Source: the human T2T-CHM13v2.0 reference genome, Homo sapiens. From it: a stretch of 64,000 nt of DNA. This document shows positions 59,875 to 64,000 of the stretch, one piece after another; position 1 is the stretch's first letter, and each line of letters starts with the position of its first letter. The stretch lies in assembly GCF_009914755.1 (NCBI RefSeq), contig NC_060947.1; one strand, written 5' to 3'. Both the position numbers and the translations under genes were made by a program. The notes below the pieces were generated by a model. The model was given only the letters and a program-made list of their open reading frames with translations, ran no database searches and was not told the DNA's origin.

Positions 59875-62800
59875 CACAGTTTCTTTATCCACTTGTTTAT
59901 TGATGTGCATTTGGGTTGGTTCCATGTTTTTGCAATTGTGAATTGTGCTGCTATAAACACACGTTTGCAAGTATCTTTTCCATAAAATGACCTATTTTCC
60001 TCTGGGTAGACACTCAGTAGTGGGATTGCTGGATCAAATATAAGTTCTACTTTTAGTTCTTTAAGGAATCTCCACACTTTTTTTTCACAGTTGTACTAGT
60101 TTACATTCCCACCAGCAGTGCAGAAGTTCTGCCTGTTCACTGCATCCACACCAACATCTACTGTTTTTTTGATTTTTTGATTATGGCTATTCTTGCAGGA
60201 GTAAGGTGATATTGCATTGTGGTTTTGATTTGCATTTCCCTGATCATTAGTGATGTTGAGCATTTTTTCATATATTTGTTGGCCATTTGTATATCTTCTT
60301 TTGAGAATTGTATATTCATGTCCTTAGCCCACTTTTTGATGGGATTGTTTTTTTTTTTCTTGCTGATTTGTTTGAGTTCCTTATAGATTCTGGATATCGG
60401 TTGTTTGTCTGATTGTGAAGATTTTCTCCCATTCTGTGGATTGTCTGTTTCCTCTGCTGACTGTTCCTTAAGCCATGCAAAAGCTCTTTAGCTTATTTAA
60501 GTCCCAGCTATTTATCTTTGTTTTTGTTGCATTTATTTTTGGGTTCTTGGTCAAGAAATCTTTGCCTAAGTCAATGTCTAGAAAGGTTTTTCCAATGTTA
60601 TCTTCTAGAATTTTTATAGTTTCAGATTTTAGATTTAGTTGATTTTTGTATAAGGTGAAAGACGAAGATCCAGTTTCATTCTCCTACATTTGGCTAGCCA
60701 ATTATCCCAGCACCATTTGTTGAAAAGGGTGTCCTTTCCCGACTTTATGTTTTTGTTTGCTTTGTCAAAGATCTCAAAGGCTGTAAATACTTATTTCTGG
60801 TTTCTCTATTCTTTTTCCATTGGTCTATGTGCCTATTTTTATACCAGTACCATGTTGTTTTGGTGACTGTGGCCTTATAGTTTGAAATCATATAATGTGA
60901 TGCCTCCAGATTTGTCCTTTTTGCTTAGTCTTGCTTTGGCTATGTGGACTCTTTTTTGGTTCCACATGAGATTTACAATTGTTTTTTTCTGATTCTGTGA
61001 AGAATGATGGTGGTATTTGATGAGAATTGCATTGAATTTTAGGTTGCTTTTGGCAATATGGTCATTTTCAGAATACTGATTCTACCCATTCATGGGCATG
61101 GGATATGTTTCCATTTGTTAGTGTCATCTACGATTTATTTCATCAGTATTTTGTAGTTTTCCTCGTAGAGGTCTTTCACCTCCTTGGTTAGGTATATTCT
61201 TAAGTATTTTATTTTTATTTTTTGCAGCTATTGTAAAAGGGGTTGAGTTCTTTATTTGATTCTCAGCTTTGTGGCTATTGGCATATAGAAGAGCTACTGA
61301 TTTGTGTACATTAATTTTGTATCTGGAAACTTTGCTGAATTCATGTATCAGTTCTAGGAGCTTTCTGGAGGAGTCTTTAGGGTTTTCGAGGTAGACGATC
61401 ATATCAACAGAGAACAGTGACAGTTTGACCTCCTCTTTACCAATTTGGATGCCCTTTATTTCTTTCTCTTGTCTGATTGCTCTGGTTAAGGCTTCCAGTA
61501 CTATATTGAAGAGGAGTGGTGAGAGTTAGCATCTTTGTCTTGTTCCAGTTCTCAGAGGAAATGTTTTCAACTTTCTCCCATTCAGTATTATATTGGCTGT
61601 GGGTTTGTCATAGATGGCTTTTATTACATTTAGGTATGTCCCTTGTATGTCGAGTTTGCTGAGACTTTTAATCATAAAGGGATGCTGGATTTTGTTGAAT
61701 GCTTTTTTCTGCATCTACTGAGATGATCATGTAATTTTTGTCTTTAATTATGTTTATGTGGTGTATCACATTTATTGACTCACGAATGTTAAATCATCCC
61801 TGCATCCCTGGCATAAAACACACTTGATCATGGTGGATTATATTTTTGATATGCTGTTGGATTTGGTTAGCTAGTATTTTGTTAAGGATTTTAGCATCTA
61901 TGTTTATCAAGGATATTGGTCTCTAGTTTTATTTTTTGGTTATTCCTTTCCTGGTTTTGGTATTAGGGTAATCCTGGTTTCATAGAATGATTTAAGGAGG
62001 TTTCCCTCTTTATCTTGTGGAATAGTGTCAAAAGGATTGGTTCTAATTTTTTTGAATGTCTGGTAGAATTCTGCTGTGAATCCATCTGGTCCTGGACTTT
62101 TTTTGTTATTGTTGGTAGTTTTTTAATTGCCATTTCAATCTCACTGCTTATTTTGAATTGTTCAGGGTATATAATTCTTCCTGATTTAAGCTAGGAGGGT
62201 AGTATCTTTCCAGTAATGTATCCATCATTTCTAGGTTTTCTAGTTTATGCAAATAAAGGTGTTCATAGTAGCTTTGAATGATCTTTTGTATTTCTGTGGT
62301 GTCAGTTGTAATATCTCTCATTTCATTTCTTATTGAGCTTATTTGGATTTTTCCTCTTATTTTCTTTGTTAATCTTGCTAGTGGTCCATCAATTTTATTT
62401 ATCTTTTCAAAGAACCAGCTGTTTTATCTTTTGTAATGTTTATTTATTTGTTTGTTTGTTTCAATTTCATTTAGCTCTGCTCTGATCTTGGTTATTTCCT
62501 TTCTTCGTCTGGGTTAGGGTTTATTTTGTTCTTGTTTCTCTAGTTCCTTGAGGTGTGACCTTAGATTGTCTATTTGTTCTCTTTCAGTCGCTGCAGGCAT
62601 TTGGGGCTATAAACTTTCCTTTTAGCACCATCTTTGCTGTATCCCAGAGGATTTGATAGGTTGTGTCACCATTGTTGTTCAGATCAAATAATTTTTTAAT
62701 ATCCATCTTGATTTCATCTTTGACCCAATGATCATTTAGGAGCAGGTTATTTAATTTCCATGTATTTACATGGTTTTGAAGGTTCCTTTTGGAGTTGATT

Positions 62801-64000
62801 TCCAGTTTTATTCCACTGTGATCTGAGACAGTACTTGATACTTTTCTTAAATTTATTGAGTCTTGTTTTGTGGCCTATCATATGGTCTATCTTGGAGAAA
62901 GTTCCATGTGATATTTAATAGAATGTATATTCTGCAGTTGTTGGATGGAATGTTCTGTATATATCTGTTAAGTCAATTTGTTGATTTTCTGACCTGATAA
63001 CCTGTCTAGTGCTGTCAGTGGAGTATTGAAGTTCCCCACTCTTATTGTGCTTCTGTCTATCTCATTTCTTGGGTCTATTAGTAATTGTTTTATAAATTTG
63101 GGAGCTCCAGTGTTAGGGGCATGTATGTTTAGGATTGTGATATTTTCCTGTTGAACAAGGCCTTTTACCATTATATAATATCCCTCTTTGTCTTTTTAAA
63201 ATGCTCTTGCTGTAAAGTTTGCTTTGTTTGATAGAAGAATAGCTACTCCTGCTTGCTTTTGGTGTCCATTTGCATAGTGTTTTTTTCCACACATTTACCT
63301 TAAGTTAATGTGAGTCCTTATGTATTAGGTGAGTCTCTTAAAGGCAGCAGATGGTTGTTTGGTGAATTCTTATCCATTCTGCAGTTCTGTATCTTTTAAG
63401 TGGAGCATTTAGGCCATTTAAACTCAACGTTAGTATTGAGATGTGAGGTACCATTCCATTCATCGTGCTATTTGTTGACTGTGTACCTTGGTTTTTTTTT
63501 TGTTGTTGTTTAAATTGTGTCCTTGTTTTATAGGTCCTGTGAGATTTATGCCTTAAAGAGGTTATGTTTTGATGTGTTTCCAGGATTTGTTTTAAGATTT
63601 TTGAGTTCCTTTTAACGGTTCTTATAGTGGTGGCTTGGTAGTGACAAATTCTCTCAGCATTTGTTTGTCTGAAAAAGACTATCTTTCCTTAACATATGAA
63701 GCTTACTTTTGCTGGATCTAATATTCTTGTCTGACAATTGTTTTATTTCAGGAGGCTGAAGGTAGGGCCCCCAATCCCTTCTAGCTTGTAGGGTTTCTGC
63801 TGAGAAGTCTTCTGTTAAGCTGATAGGTTTCCCTTTATAGGTTACCTGTTGCTTTTGCCTTACAGCTCTTAAGATTCTATCCTTCAACTGAACTTAAGAT
63901 AACCTGATGACAACGTGCCTAGGTGATGATCCTTTTGTGATGAATTTCTCAGGAGTTCTTTGTGCTTCTTGTCTTTGGATATTTAAGTCTCTAGCAATGC

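Larger units (their letters stand above)
58850..60179. repeat. Tandem duplication of Alu right arm plus L1PB1 (58850-59433 and 59434-60179)
   Basis: Both units begin ATACAAAAATTAGCTGGGCG and end TTTTTTG; highly similar apart from microsatellite length. Confidence 0.95.
58430..64000 (-). mobile_element. L1PB1-like LINE-1 (3'UTR, ORF2, part of ORF1; runs off the window)
   Basis: L1PB1 3'UTR; ORF2 pieces 61124-61402, 61526-61714, 62968-63171; ORF1 piece 63654-63887. Confidence 0.9.

Noticed and set aside
58891-60077. Cluster of Tyr/Ile/His/Val-rich ORFs on both strands
   Set aside because: Translation artefacts of stop-free TA/CA/TG microsatellites.

Overview
Eukaryotic, AT-rich primate genomic DNA, most likely human (a young AluYa5-like copy, L1PA2, HERV-H/LTR7). 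Most of the window is transposable-element debris, and I cannot support any host exon, RNA gene, CRISPR array or intact autonomous ORF. From left to right: the 3' 4.5 kb of a deleted HERV-H provirus with its 3' LTR7, inserted into an MST (MaLR) element; a near-full-length minus-strand L1PB carrying a THE1 solo LTR and a truncated AluYa5-like copy; L2/MER20/AluS relics; an L1PA15/16-like element carrying an MSTB element; a complete MSTA; a ~19 kb nest built on an L1MC (L1MA8 > Tigger1 > MER1B and L1MA2 > MER11; also MER2, L1PA13 > AluY, L1PA8-10); a 5'-truncated L1PA2; and L1MA1 then L1PB1 with an Alu-L1 tandem duplication. I did not find a new biological system. The most unusual signals are repair/retrotransposition scars: a three-piece mosaic of younger L1 fragments replacing the endonuclease region of an old L1 (21232-21540), a 12-nt tag at the 5' junction of the L1PA2, and a chimeric tandem duplication with a differentially expanded microsatellite. 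Subfamily names come from recalled consensus sequences and need RepeatMasker/Dfam confirmation.
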